From the NCBI GenBank assembly GCA_947623225.1, contig CANQGO010000002.1, forward strand, positions 16,714 through 80,713: 64,000 bases of DNA. Direction: 5' to 3'. This DNA comes from an uncultured Clostridia bacterium (GTDB taxonomy: Bacteria > Bacillota > Clostridia > Christensenellales > CAG-314). Numbering within the stretch: position 1 is the first letter of the stretch; every line of letters starts with the position of its first letter. This document shows positions 44,512 through 53,372 of this stretch, piece after piece. The notes beneath the pieces are model-generated. The model did not search any database and was not told the DNA's origin. It worked only from the letters and a program-made list of their open reading frames with translations. The position numbers and the translations under genes are program-made.

Positions 44512-44532
44512 AAAAATATAAAGAGGTGCAAA

Positions 44533-45903
44533 TTGAAAAAAGCTGAAGATGTTTGGGTCGACGAACAAAAAAATTTTGAAGAAAACTATAGAGAGGACAT
44601 CCTCAGAGACCCATCACGATTTGATCGAATTATCAAAAAACTGCAAAAGATTTTTGGCATTGCTATGCCAATTATCACCGCTGCAACAATGTCAACGGTT
44701 ATGGTTGCTTGCAAGCCTGACACGCCAACACCTCCAAAACCGGCACACACCCACCGCCTTTTGAAAGTTAACGCTGTGAAGGAAAGCTGCACACAAGACG
44801 GAATGAAAGCGCACTGGGAATGCAGTGACTGCGACAAACTGTTTTCTGACAGCCAAGGCAAAAACGAGGTGCAAAAAGCCGACCTTGTTGTGAAGGCACA
44901 TCACACCCTCACCCACAAAACTGAGCAAAAAGCAACCTGCACCGCTGACGGAAACATTGACTATTATCACTGCTCCGCTTGCGGCGAAAACTTCCTTGAC
45001 GCCAATGGCAAAAACAAAGTTGACCTTGACGACACTGTTATCGCGTCAAAAGGCCATGTTGTTGGCGACGAGTGGCAGCATGACGAAAACGGCCACTGGA
45101 AAGTTTGTGGCGCATGCCATGAACAAGTTGACTACCACGCACACAACTTTGAAGACTTTGTTTGCACTGACTGCGGCGCTGTCGACGAGCAAAATAAGCC
45201 TTTGACTGAGGAAGAAATAACTTTAAAAATTACTGATGCACTTGAAGAAAATATATTAAACCTGATAAGGCCAGATTCGATAGTCAATTATTTAGCATTA
45301 AACTCTGCAATAGTTGATGGACAATACAAAGTTCAAATTTTAGTAGATTATTTGAGCTCAATGTCTGGCAAAGAAGAAGAATATCTTTCATTGGTTGAAC
45401 TACCTATCACTCAAGAATTTACTCCTGAAAATGTTAAAAACGGTTTATGCTTACCTACAGCAAAAAGGACAGGCAAAAAACTAATAACATTTAAAAAGGC
45501 AACGGAAGACGAACGCGGCGTTGAAATTTTGAAAAAAATTGATCCGGAAGGCGACCATGACCATTATGATTTTGTGAGTGTGAAAATTGGAACAGGTAGT
45601 GTAACACAAGATTCATATTTAATATACACGATTAACCGTTTTGGCATAAAAGCTCAATGTGTAAACGCTGATAGTTTTGGCGTGCGTGATGTTGTCGAAA
45701 CCAGCATTCTGAATGGGACTGAAGGGCAAACTTATGAACTAAATCACAAAGCTGATGAAAATTATGAATTCAGCGATAATGTTATTTACAATTTTAATGG
45801 ACTTTTAAATAAAACAGAAGAAAAGGCTTATGACATTTTGCTTGATGGAAGAAAGGTGGGAATGGCACAAGGGAATGTGATGTTCTATGAAGTAGATTTG
45901 TAG
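44533..45903 (+). CDS. Membrane-anchored/lipoprotein-like protein with three tandem Cys/His-rich repeats, unknown function
   Basis: A charged N-terminus is followed by IFGIAMPIITAATMSTVMVACKPDTP (anchor with a lipobox-like VAC). Three repeats of the form H..L.H….ATCT.DG….Y.C..CG..F.D..GKN.V follow, then an AT-rich-encoded C-terminal domain. Confidence 0.7.
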   Translation: MKKAEDVWVDEQKNFEENYREDILRDPSRFDRIIKKLQKIFGIAMPIITAATMSTVMVACKPDTPTPPKPAHTHRLLKVNAVKESCTQDGMKAHWECSDCDKLFSDSQGKNEVQKADLVVKAHHTLTHKTEQKATCTADGNIDYYHCSACGENFLDANGKNKVDLDDTVIASKGHVVGDEWQHDENGHWKVCGACHEQVDYHAHNFEDFVCTDCGAVDEQNKPLTEEEITLKITDALEENILNLIRPDSIVNYLALNSAIVDGQYKVQILVDYLSSMSGKEEEYLSLVELPITQEFTPENVKNGLCLPTAKRTGKKLITFKKATEDERGVEILKKIDPEGDHDHYDFVSVKIGTGSVTQDSYLIYTINRFGIKAQCVNADSFGVRDVVETSILNGTEGQTYELNHKADENYEFSDNVIYNFNGLLNKTEEKAYDILLDGRKVGMAQGNVMFYEVDL

Positions 45904-45967
45904 ATGTGGGGATTTCTCCACTTCGGTCGAAATGACAACCAATAATTAAAATATTGCAGAAAAAAAT

Positions 45968-45995
45968 AGTGGCGGAAACGCCACTTTTTTTGTTT
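45968..45995 (+). terminator. Intrinsic terminator
   Basis: AGTGGCG-gaaa-CGCCACT followed by TTTTTTTGTTTT. Confidence 0.8.
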
Positions 45996-46213
45996 TAGAT
46001 CTCTCGACTACGTTCGTTTTGCCCGACCCGCTTCGGACTTGACAGAGCCCGCAAGATGATCTCGACTGCGACATTTCATGAGATATTGCGACGTTGAAAG
46101 AGGGGCGATTGCGAATATATCTGTAGCGTTAACAAACTTTTGTTTCGGAAGATGGCCCACATACTTTCTTTTTGTATCGCAGGGTGATATAATAGAGCAA
46201 AAGGGGAACGGAA

Positions 46214-46825
46214 ATGACTAAAAGAGAAATATACAAAGAGCGACTGTCCGCGCTGAAAAGGGACTCTCACGGCAAGTATACCAACAAGAAATTCATCGCC
46301 AAGCGACTACAATCCGACAACACCGTACGCATAAACGTCAACCTGCCCGAGGATATGGACATATTCGATCCGATGGCTCCGGCGGAGTACGGACAATTAA
46401 ACCCGGAGATCTATCGCTACATAGAAGAGCAGGCTTACTTCGTGCCCACCGAATACGATATTACAGTAAATTTCGTCGGGCGCGAACTCTCACCCGTACA
46501 ACAAAAACAGGTGGAGACGGCTCTGCGCGACCACTACAACATGCAAGTATATGACAAGCTGGATGATATACACAGCAACCGTTCGCTTGGGCTGTTTTTG
46601 CTTATATTCGGTATCGTCGCGCTTGCGGCATACTTCTTCATCACGCTATTCGCAGAAAATCTTATCTTCCACGAAGTGATAAGTATAGTGGGGACATTCT
46701 CCATATGGGAAGCGGTAGACTGCTGGCTCATCAACGGGCACCACACCAAGGTAGAGTTGAACAACGCGTTGCAGATGGCTTTGACAAAGATCACCTTCGC
46801 AGGACGATCAAGCACCGACAAATAA
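46214..46825 (+). CDS. Hypothetical membrane protein (soluble N-terminal half, 2 C-terminal TM helices)
   Basis: GGGGAACGG lies upstream of ATG 46214, and an extended -10 TGATATAAT lies at about 46184-46192. TM segments are LGLFLLIFGIVALAAYFFITLF and VISIVGTFSIWEAV. Confidence 0.65.
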   Translation: MTKREIYKERLSALKRDSHGKYTNKKFIAKRLQSDNTVRINVNLPEDMDIFDPMAPAEYGQLNPEIYRYIEEQAYFVPTEYDITVNFVGRELSPVQQKQVETALRDHYNMQVYDKLDDIHSNRSLGLFLLIFGIVALAAYFFITLFAENLIFHEVISIVGTFSIWEAVDCWLINGHHTKVELNNALQMALTKITFAGRSSTDK

Positions 46826-46847
46826 AAAAGGCGCAACCGCAGTTGCG

Positions 46848-47303
46848 TCAATCGGATATTCTCTTGGATTTGAAATACTCCGTCAGTATGGCGGAGCATT
46901 TTTTTTCCAATACACCTCCGCACAGTTGCAATTCGTGATTGAGCGTGCGCCCGAGCGTCTCCGCAATGGGCACACACCCCTCGCCGCTCAGATCGTATGC
47001 GCCGAAGTATACCGTGCTCAAGCGTGCATTGAAGCAAGCCCCGAGACACATGACGCAGGGCTCCAGCGTCACATACATATCGCAGCCCGCCAGCCGCCAA
47101 TCTCCCAAACGCTTGCAGGCGCGCCTGATCGCGATCAATTCAGCATGGCCTGTGGCGTCGTGCGAAGCATTGCGAGTATTGTGCGCTACCGCTATCACTT
47201 CTCCGTCCTTCACTATAACAGCACCTATAGGCACCTCGTCCGACTTGGCAGATATGCGTGCCTGTCTCAAGGCAACGGACATGAATTTTTCCGCGTCGGT
47301 CAT
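46848..47303 (-). CDS. tadA: tRNA adenosine(34) deaminase
   Basis: HAELIAIRRAC and PCVMCLGA zinc-binding motifs, 151 aa. The start overlaps the GH2 stop (ATGA). Confidence 0.92.
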   Translation of the reverse strand: MTDAEKFMSVALRQARISAKSDEVPIGAVIVKDGEVIAVAHNTRNASHDATGHAELIAIRRACKRLGDWRLAGCDMYVTLEPCVMCLGACFNARLSTVYFGAYDLSGEGCVPIAETLGRTLNHELQLCGGVLEKKCSAILTEYFKSKRISD

Positions 47304-49111
47304 ACCGTCTCCTCATAGCGGGGGACGTGGTCTCCCTCTTTGTACTTACTTTGTTCCAACAAATCCGCCAACTTGTCCAGATTCAACCGACTGTTGATCT
47401 CCTTCATCATGTCCGCATGTACCTTGACTACCTGTCTGTCGTATGTCAACAAACCGTTCACTTCATCCTCTACATCGCTCAGTTGGGTGTATATGACCGC
47501 AGACAGACCTCTTGCGATATAGGGTATAACGTCCTTTTCATACAGTTCGGAAATGCCCGCATTGTAAGCGGTCTCGTTATCAAACTGTCTATAGCTGTGC
47601 GCACTTTCGGAATGGACGCTATGCGCTTCATCTATATAACCATATCCGCCGAACTCCGTCAGACAAAGTGCACGCTTTTTCTCATTGGGCAAGCGAACCT
47701 TTCCGAAGTATACGTGCAGGCTCTTGACATCCCCGCCGCCCTGGTCGTGCCAGCCGCTGGCGTGATCTACTATGCGCGTGGTATCCATTTGCTTGGTCAG
47801 TACGGCGATCTTATTCGCGTCGAACTGCCCCCATCCCTCGTTGAAGGGCACCCATACGGCGATGGATGTATTGTTGTACAGTCGATCGATCATCTCGGTG
47901 TATTCGCGAATAAAAAGATCTCGACTTTCCTGTTTGCCCCTTCCGAAAAGAGCATAATGGCTATCTTTGATCTTTAGCCCTATATACGGTGCATACGCCG
48001 TTGTCCATTTGCCGAAATGCGCTCCGCCGCAGGGCATATCCTGCCATACCAACATACCCAATCTGTCGCAATGATAGTACCAGCGTGCAGATTCCACCTT
48101 GACATGCTTACGTATGGTATTGAATCCGAGATCCTTGGCTGTCTGTATATCATATATCAATGCTTCGTCGCTTGGCGCGGTATACAGCCCGTCGCTCCAA
48201 TACCCTTGGTCCAGCACGCCCCTGTGAAAATAAGGTTTGTCATTCAACATAAGACGGACATATTTGCCCGCTTGGCAACAATAGAACTTGCGCATGCCGA
48301 AGTAACTGTCCACTATGTCCCTGCGTGAAATAAGCCGCAATCCGTACAGATGCGGATCCTCGGGGGTCCAGGCGGTGAATTTTTTGTTCGGGAAATGTAC
48401 TATTATTCTGTTTTTGCCGTCGTTTTTAGCTATCTCCCGCTCTCCGTCCGTCACGACGACAGTGACAGGCTCATCGAAATTGCACTTCGGCTCCACTATC
48501 ACTCGGGCGTTGTCAAAGTCGGGGGTTATTTTCACGGATCGAATATACTGCGCCGGGACACTCTCCAGCCATACGGTTTGCCATATACCGCTTTGCGCTG
48601 CATACCATATGCCGCCTCTCTTGATACGTTGTTTGCCGCGAGTGCCATAGCCGCTGTCCGTCATGTCGCGTACCCGGACTGTCAATTCGTTTTCACTTTC
48701 TCTTTTGATGGCGTCCGTGATATCTACGGAGAAAGCGTTGTAACCACCTTCGTGATGACACAAGTGTACGCTATTGATATATATGTCGCATATACTGTCT
48801 ACTGCGCCGAAGTTCAACAGCACCCTGTCCTTCACAAATGTTTTGGGCAGATTGAAGGAGCGGCGATAGAACAGAAATTCTTTCGGGCGCAATTGGCGCC
48901 CCACTCCGGAAAGCACGCTTTCGGGAGAAAACGGTACAAGTATCTTACCCTGATACTCGTCAGGGATCGTATCATTAACGCTGATGGAATACTCCCACCA
49001 ACCGTTCAGGTTTATGTAACTTTTGCGAACAAACTGCGGACGAGGATACTCCTGCAACGGCTTGTCGCCTATATCCTTGCCCCACTTGGTATACAGATCA
49101 CGCAACGGCAT
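47300..49111 (-). CDS. Glycoside hydrolase family 2 protein
   Basis: The start is corrected to ATG 49111 (MPLRDLYTKWG), with AAGGAG upstream. It has a sugar-binding domain (HHEGGYNAFSVDITD) and a TIM barrel with WVPFNEGWGQFD. Confidence 0.82.
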   Translation of the reverse strand: MPLRDLYTKWGKDIGDKPLQEYPRPQFVRKSYINLNGWWEYSISVNDTIPDEYQGKILVPFSPESVLSGVGRQLRPKEFLFYRRSFNLPKTFVKDRVLLNFGAVDSICDIYINSVHLCHHEGGYNAFSVDITDAIKRESENELTVRVRDMTDSGYGTRGKQRIKRGGIWYAAQSGIWQTVWLESVPAQYIRSVKITPDFDNARVIVEPKCNFDEPVTVVVTDGEREIAKNDGKNRIIVHFPNKKFTAWTPEDPHLYGLRLISRRDIVDSYFGMRKFYCCQAGKYVRLMLNDKPYFHRGVLDQGYWSDGLYTAPSDEALIYDIQTAKDLGFNTIRKHVKVESARWYYHCDRLGMLVWQDMPCGGAHFGKWTTAYAPYIGLKIKDSHYALFGRGKQESRDLFIREYTEMIDRLYNNTSIAVWVPFNEGWGQFDANKIAVLTKQMDTTRIVDHASGWHDQGGGDVKSLHVYFGKVRLPNEKKRALCLTEFGGYGYIDEAHSVHSESAHSYRQFDNETAYNAGISELYEKDVIPYIARGLSAVIYTQLSDVEDEVNGLLTYDRQVVKVHADMMKEINSRLNLDKLADLLEQSKYKEGDHVPRYEETV

Positions 49112-49291
49112 AACAAATTCTCCTTGGTATGGATAATATTTTACCACAAAATTTTTTCCGTGTAAACTGCCGCCCAAGACAAATCTCTCGCACACCTCGG
49201 CAAGGCAAGGATATTGCAACCAAAAACATTTTTACGCGGCAATGATTGCAATTGTACGATATTGTGATATACTGTAATAGAGGAAATACCT

Positions 49292-49771
49292 ATGAGAACA
49301 GATATAAAATTCAAAAAAGTCTCTTACGATACGTTTGCCGCACACGGAGACCGCGATACATATGACAATATCCAAATGCCGCATCGCGCCACAAGCAAAA
49401 GTGCCGGCTACGACATATTTGCTCCGACCGATCTGGATATAGCACCCGGTCAAACCGTTACCGTTCCGACCGGGCTACGCGTACTGATGCCAGACAATGT
49501 CTGCCTGATGCTCTTTCCGCGTAGCGGTCTCGGATTCAAGTACCGCTTGCGCCTGAACAATACCGTAGGTATCATCGACGCAGACTATTGCGATAGCGAC
49601 AACGAGGGACATATATTTGTGCGCATGACCAACGAAAGCGACCGACCGTTGCATATAGACAAAGGAACCGCATTTGTTCAAGGTATATTCGTACAGTATC
49701 TGTTGACAGCAGACGACGATGTCTCAGCCAAACGTAACGGCGGGCTTGGCTCCACCACCGACAAACATTGA
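49292..49771 (+). CDS. dut: dUTP diphosphatase
   Basis: SKSAGYDIFA, GIIDADY and C-terminal RNGGLGST motifs, 159 aa. Confidence 0.88.
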   Translation: MRTDIKFKKVSYDTFAAHGDRDTYDNIQMPHRATSKSAGYDIFAPTDLDIAPGQTVTVPTGLRVLMPDNVCLMLFPRSGLGFKYRLRLNNTVGIIDADYCDSDNEGHIFVRMTNESDRPLHIDKGTAFVQGIFVQYLLTADDDVSAKRNGGLGSTTDKH

Positions 49772-49822
49772 ACCGAAACAAACAAGCAAAAACACGATTG
49801 CAATATAATACATATATCACAA

Positions 49823-49852
49823 AGACGAGGTCGAGACCTCGTCTTTTCTTGT
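49823..49852. terminator. Bidirectional terminator between dut and the HxlR-family gene
   Basis: AGACGAGG / CCTCGTCT stem followed by TTTCTTGTTT. Confidence 0.7.
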
Positions 49853-49861
49853 TTGATCATT

Positions 49862-50197
49862 TCACTGCAACGCACGCTTGTACGCCGTTCCCCAGTCAGC
49901 CATCGCGTCGATAACCGGGCGTAGAGAATTGCCTGTCGGCGACAGCGAGTATTCCACGCGCGGCGGAACTTCTGCAAACACCTGCCGCTCGATCAAACCG
50001 TCTTTTTCGAGCGCGCGCAGATTGTCCGTCAGCACCTTTTTGCTGATTGCCGGGAGCGACCTTATAAAATCACTGAAACGCTGTTTGCCGTTGTATATCA
50101 AATTGCGAATCAACAATAGTTTCCATTTGTTGCCGATGAGTTGTACAGTCGTCGCAACGGGACATTCCGGCAGTTCGTCTTTCGTCAGCATTTTCAC
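49862..50197 (-). CDS. HxlR family winged-helix transcriptional regulator
   Basis: CPVATTVQLIGNKWKLLLIRNL … RVEYSLSPTG, 111 aa. Confidence 0.9.
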   Translation of the reverse strand: MKMLTKDELPECPVATTVQLIGNKWKLLLIRNLIYNGKQRFSDFIRSLPAISKKVLTDNLRALEKDGLIERQVFAEVPPRVEYSLSPTGNSLRPVIDAMADWGTAYKRALQ

Positions 50198-50362
50198 ACA
50201 CCTCCTTAAAAACCTTTCTTATTACATCATAATGATATAGCCGCATATATTTGGCCATTTACGCGGATAATCACAATCTCTTGAAGATAAATTTTGTATT
50301 TATATTATAGCATAGTGTGAAATGCACGTCAATAGTTCAAAAAAGAAACAATGTAATATATT

Positions 50363-50377
50363 TATTATCGGATAATA
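50363..50377. promoter_or_regulatory. Perfect 7-1-7 palindrome TATTATCgGATAATA in the hxlR/cupin divergent region (candidate HxlR operator)
   Basis: I read it directly and checked it by reverse complement. It lies about 45 nt upstream of the extended -10 TGCTATACT of the cupin operon. Confidence 0.3.
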
Positions 50378-50471
50378 GAATTGTAACAATTCGGCAATTA
50401 TTTTATTTTTTTGCTATACTATGGGCGTAATCAATGAGAATTACAAAATAAATTTTTCGGAGGTATCCATT

Positions 50472-50828
50472 ATGTCAAACAATTACAAAAAAGTAAACGT
50501 ACAAGAAGACGCACGCGTGGAATTGCACGACGCACTTGGTCTCACGGGCGCTGAAATCAGCATCAATGCACTCCCTGCGGGAGCGAGCGTACCCTTTGTG
50601 CATGCGCACAAGCAAAATGAAGAAATTTACGGAATTCTGGAGGGTGAGGGCAACGCGATGATCGACGGCGAAATCATTACTCTTACCGCCGGTGATTGGC
50701 TGCGTATCTCTCCATCTGCCAAACGTCAATTTTTCGCTTCGCGAAAAAGCCCAATCAAATATATTTGCATACAGGTCAAGGCTAATTCGCTGGAACAATA
50801 TACCGCGACAGATGCGGAAATATTTTAA
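50472..50828 (+). CDS. Cupin domain protein
   Basis: The start is corrected to ATG 50472 (MSNNYKKVNV), with GGAGGT upstream. The cupin metal motif region is VPFVHAHKQNEEIYGILEGEG. Confidence 0.75.
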   Translation: MSNNYKKVNVQEDARVELHDALGLTGAEISINALPAGASVPFVHAHKQNEEIYGILEGEGNAMIDGEIITLTAGDWLRISPSAKRQFFASRKSPIKYICIQVKANSLEQYTATDAEIF

Positions 50829-50911
50829 TGTATATCCGAGCGTAAATTTTATAAAATTTGTCTAATATCATAGACAAAGACGATAAATTTCGATCACGAA
50901 GAGAACAAATT

Positions 50912-51700
50912 ATGAACATCAATTTGAAGGGACAAACAGCAATAGTATACGGCGCAGGTAGAGGCATAGGCGAAGCCATCGTATCGCAACTCGCCCGTGC
51001 GGGAGCAAAGGTTTATGTGGCAGACCTCATCGAAGAAAACTGCAAGCATGTCGTTGAAAATCTCGCGGAAGAGGGATTAAACGGTGCGGCTGTGGGTTGT
51101 GACGTAAGCAAATTCGAGCAAGTCGACGAGGTTATGGAGCGTGCCGAACGCGAGACGGGCAGATTGGATATAGTTGTAAACAATGCCGGCATCGTGACGC
51201 TCGGTTCATTTCTCGATACTACGCAGGAAGAGATCGCCAAGCTCATAAACGTCAACCTTATGGGCACAAGCAACGGTTTGCAAGCAGCAGTAAGACGTAT
51301 GCAAAAGTACAATCACGGCAAAATTGTATCGACCGCCTCATTCGCAGGGCGTCATGCCCTAAAAGATGGCTTTGCCTACTACGGTATGACCAAGGCAGCC
51401 ATCATATATCTGACACAAGCCGCCGCTTATGCGGGTGCCGACTACAATATAAACGTAAACTCTGTCTGCCCGGGCATAATCCGTACGCCTATGTGGGAAA
51501 AGATACTGGATAGCTACGTCGCCGCCGGTCAAGACAGGGAGACCTCGTGGAAGGAAAGTCTCAAACACTTCATACCCCTTGAGCGCGGTGACCAGAAGCC
51601 CGAGGATATCGCCTATGCTGTACTTTTCCTTTGCTCAGAGTATGCGGATCATATCACGGGACAAGCGTTGAATATTGACGGCGGCGCGTCAATGGACTGA
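50912..51700 (+). CDS. SDR family oxidoreductase
   Basis: Start at MNINLKGQTAIVYGAGRGIGEAI (TGxxxGIG-type) with a YGMTKAA (YxxxK) catalytic motif. The ORF-track start at 50858 is possible but unnecessary. Confidence 0.85.
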   Translation: MNINLKGQTAIVYGAGRGIGEAIVSQLARAGAKVYVADLIEENCKHVVENLAEEGLNGAAVGCDVSKFEQVDEVMERAERETGRLDIVVNNAGIVTLGSFLDTTQEEIAKLINVNLMGTSNGLQAAVRRMQKYNHGKIVSTASFAGRHALKDGFAYYGMTKAAIIYLTQAAAYAGADYNINVNSVCPGIIRTPMWEKILDSYVAAGQDRETSWKESLKHFIPLERGDQKPEDIAYAVLFLCSEYADHITGQALNIDGGASMD

Positions 51701-51702
51701 TA

Positions 51703-52473
51703 ATGGTTGACGAACCTTTAGACAGATTGATACAAATTTTAAGTGACGAGCGGGGCGTTAAAACGCCTCGCCTTACTTGCGTAGATAAGAAAAGTCTCTT
51801 TCGCGCGCTGGTGAATGTGCGGCCGCCGATGACAGCGACCGAGGAATTTTTGCAACTGCAGGACGAATATTTGTGCGAAGAACTACGGCTTAAAGGCATA
51901 ACGGACATTGCAAATCTTTCGCCCATTCAGCCCGACATATATCTTTGGAAAGGTGACATAACAACACTCAAATGCGACGGGATCGTAAACGCCGCCAACT
52001 CTCAACTGCTCGGTTGTTTTGTTCCAAATCACGGCTGTATCGACAACGCCATTCACACCTTTGCAGGCGTTCAACTTCGACAGGAGTGCGCGAAAATCAT
52101 GCGAGAACAGGAACATGAAGAGCCGCCGGGCGAGGCGAAGATCACTCACGCCTATAATTTGCCTTGTAAATATGTTCTGCACACGGTCGGTCCCGTTGTC
52201 TTTGGAAGGCTCACCGCCGAACACGAGCGACTTCTTGAAAATTGTTACCATTCCTGCCTCGCGCTCGCAGACGAAAACGGGCTTGAAAGCCTTGCGTTTT
52301 GCTGTATTTCGACGGGCGAGTTTCACTTTCCAAACGAGCGCGCTGCAAAGATCGCCGTTCGGTCGGTGCGGGAATACAAGAGGGAAACGGCAAGTAAAAT
52401 CAAGGTCATTTTCAATGTGTTCAAGGAGCAAGATTATGAAATTTATGCAAGACTTCTCGGCGCAAACAAGTAG
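51703..52473 (+). CDS. Macrodomain protein-ADP-ribose hydrolase (sirtuin-linked type)
   Basis: A ~70-aa N-terminal extension precedes LWKGDITTLKCDGIVNAANSQLLGCF … CISTGEFHFP. It starts 2 nt after the SDR stop. Confidence 0.85.
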   Translation: MVDEPLDRLIQILSDERGVKTPRLTCVDKKSLFRALVNVRPPMTATEEFLQLQDEYLCEELRLKGITDIANLSPIQPDIYLWKGDITTLKCDGIVNAANSQLLGCFVPNHGCIDNAIHTFAGVQLRQECAKIMREQEHEEPPGEAKITHAYNLPCKYVLHTVGPVVFGRLTAEHERLLENCYHSCLALADENGLESLAFCCISTGEFHFPNERAAKIAVRSVREYKRETASKIKVIFNVFKEQDYEIYARLLGANK

Positions 52474-53284
52474 ATTGAAAGAAGAATTACAAAATGCCGA
52501 CGCTATCGTTATCGGCGCGGGGGCGGGACTTTCCACGGCGGCGGGTTTTACCTATTCGGGCGAACGCTTCGAAAAATATTTTTCCGACTTTGGTGAGAAA
52601 TACGGCTTTCGCGATATGTATGCGGGCGGTTTCTATCCCTATCGAACGCCCGAAGAACACTGGGCATATTGGTCGAGATATATCCTCGTAAACCGCTATA
52701 TGGATCCACCCAAGCCCGTCTATCAAAATCTTTTTGAGCTTGTAAAAGGAAAAGACTATTTTGTCATCACTACCAACGTCGATCATTGCTTTCAGAAGGC
52801 GGGCTTCGATAAAAAGCGGCTCTTTTACACACAGGGGGACTACGGGCTCTTCCAATGCTCCGTGCCTTGCCATAATCAGACGTATGACAATGAGGAAACC
52901 ATCCGCCGAATGGTAGCGGAGCAACGGGATATGCACATTCCGACCGAACTCATTCCGCACTGTCCCGTCTGCGGAAAGCCGATGACGATGAATTTACGCG
53001 CCGACGACAAGTTTGTACAGGACGAGGGTTGGGACATCGCTTGCGAGCGTTACGAACGGTTTATGACCGCGCACAACCAAGACAATATTCTATATCTCGA
53101 ACTCGGCGTGGGGTACAATACGCCTGCAATTATCAAATACCCATTTTGGCGACTGACCGCGCAAAACAAACGCGCGACTTACGCCTGTATAAACTACGGC
53201 GAAGCATTCTGCCCCGAACAAATACAGAGTCGATCGATCAATTTGAATGAAGACATATGCGAAGTTATAAAAATGTTGCTGTAA
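52436..53284 (+). CDS. SIR2-family protein, macrodomain-linked (SirTM-like) class
   Basis: The true start is ATG 52436 (MKFMQDFSAQ), with AAGGAG upstream, and it overlaps the macrodomain gene by 38 nt. Motifs are GAGAGLSTAAG, TTNVDHCF, QGDYG and zinc cysteines CSVPC…CPVCG. Confidence 0.8.
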   Translation: MKFMQDFSAQTSRLKEELQNADAIVIGAGAGLSTAAGFTYSGERFEKYFSDFGEKYGFRDMYAGGFYPYRTPEEHWAYWSRYILVNRYMDPPKPVYQNLFELVKGKDYFVITTNVDHCFQKAGFDKKRLFYTQGDYGLFQCSVPCHNQTYDNEETIRRMVAEQRDMHIPTELIPHCPVCGKPMTMNLRADDKFVQDEGWDIACERYERFMTAHNQDNILYLELGVGYNTPAIIKYPFWRLTAQNKRATYACINYGEAFCPEQIQSRSINLNEDICEVIKMLL

Positions 53285-53315
53285 TTCAGACTTAAAGTCA
53301 TACACAAGCCAAGCA

Positions 53316-53346
53316 AAGACGGCTTGCCTCTCGGGCAAGCCGTCTT
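53316..53346. terminator. GC-rich hairpin between the convergent SIR2-family and uvrC genes
   Basis: A 13-bp stem AAGACGGCTTGCC / GGCAAGCCGTCTT. The U tracts are weak on both sides. Confidence 0.55.
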
Positions 53347-53372
53347 GACATATTTGTACTTGTACACGAGTA

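Noticed and set aside
45904-46213. An imperfect direct repeat, ATCTC(T)CGACT(A/G)CG, at about 46000 and 46056, and small hairpins in the gap upstream of 46214.
   Set aside because: The repeat is short and imperfect with no associated ORF or symmetry, so it is likely chance. The region is adequately explained by the terminator at 45968-45995 and an extended -10 promoter (TGATATAAT) for the next gene.
52019-53284. The SIR2-family ORF drawn as 421 aa.
   Set aside because: The first 139 codons overlap the macrodomain gene in another frame and look non-protein-like. AAGGAG plus ATG at 52436 gives a normal ~283-aa sirtuin.
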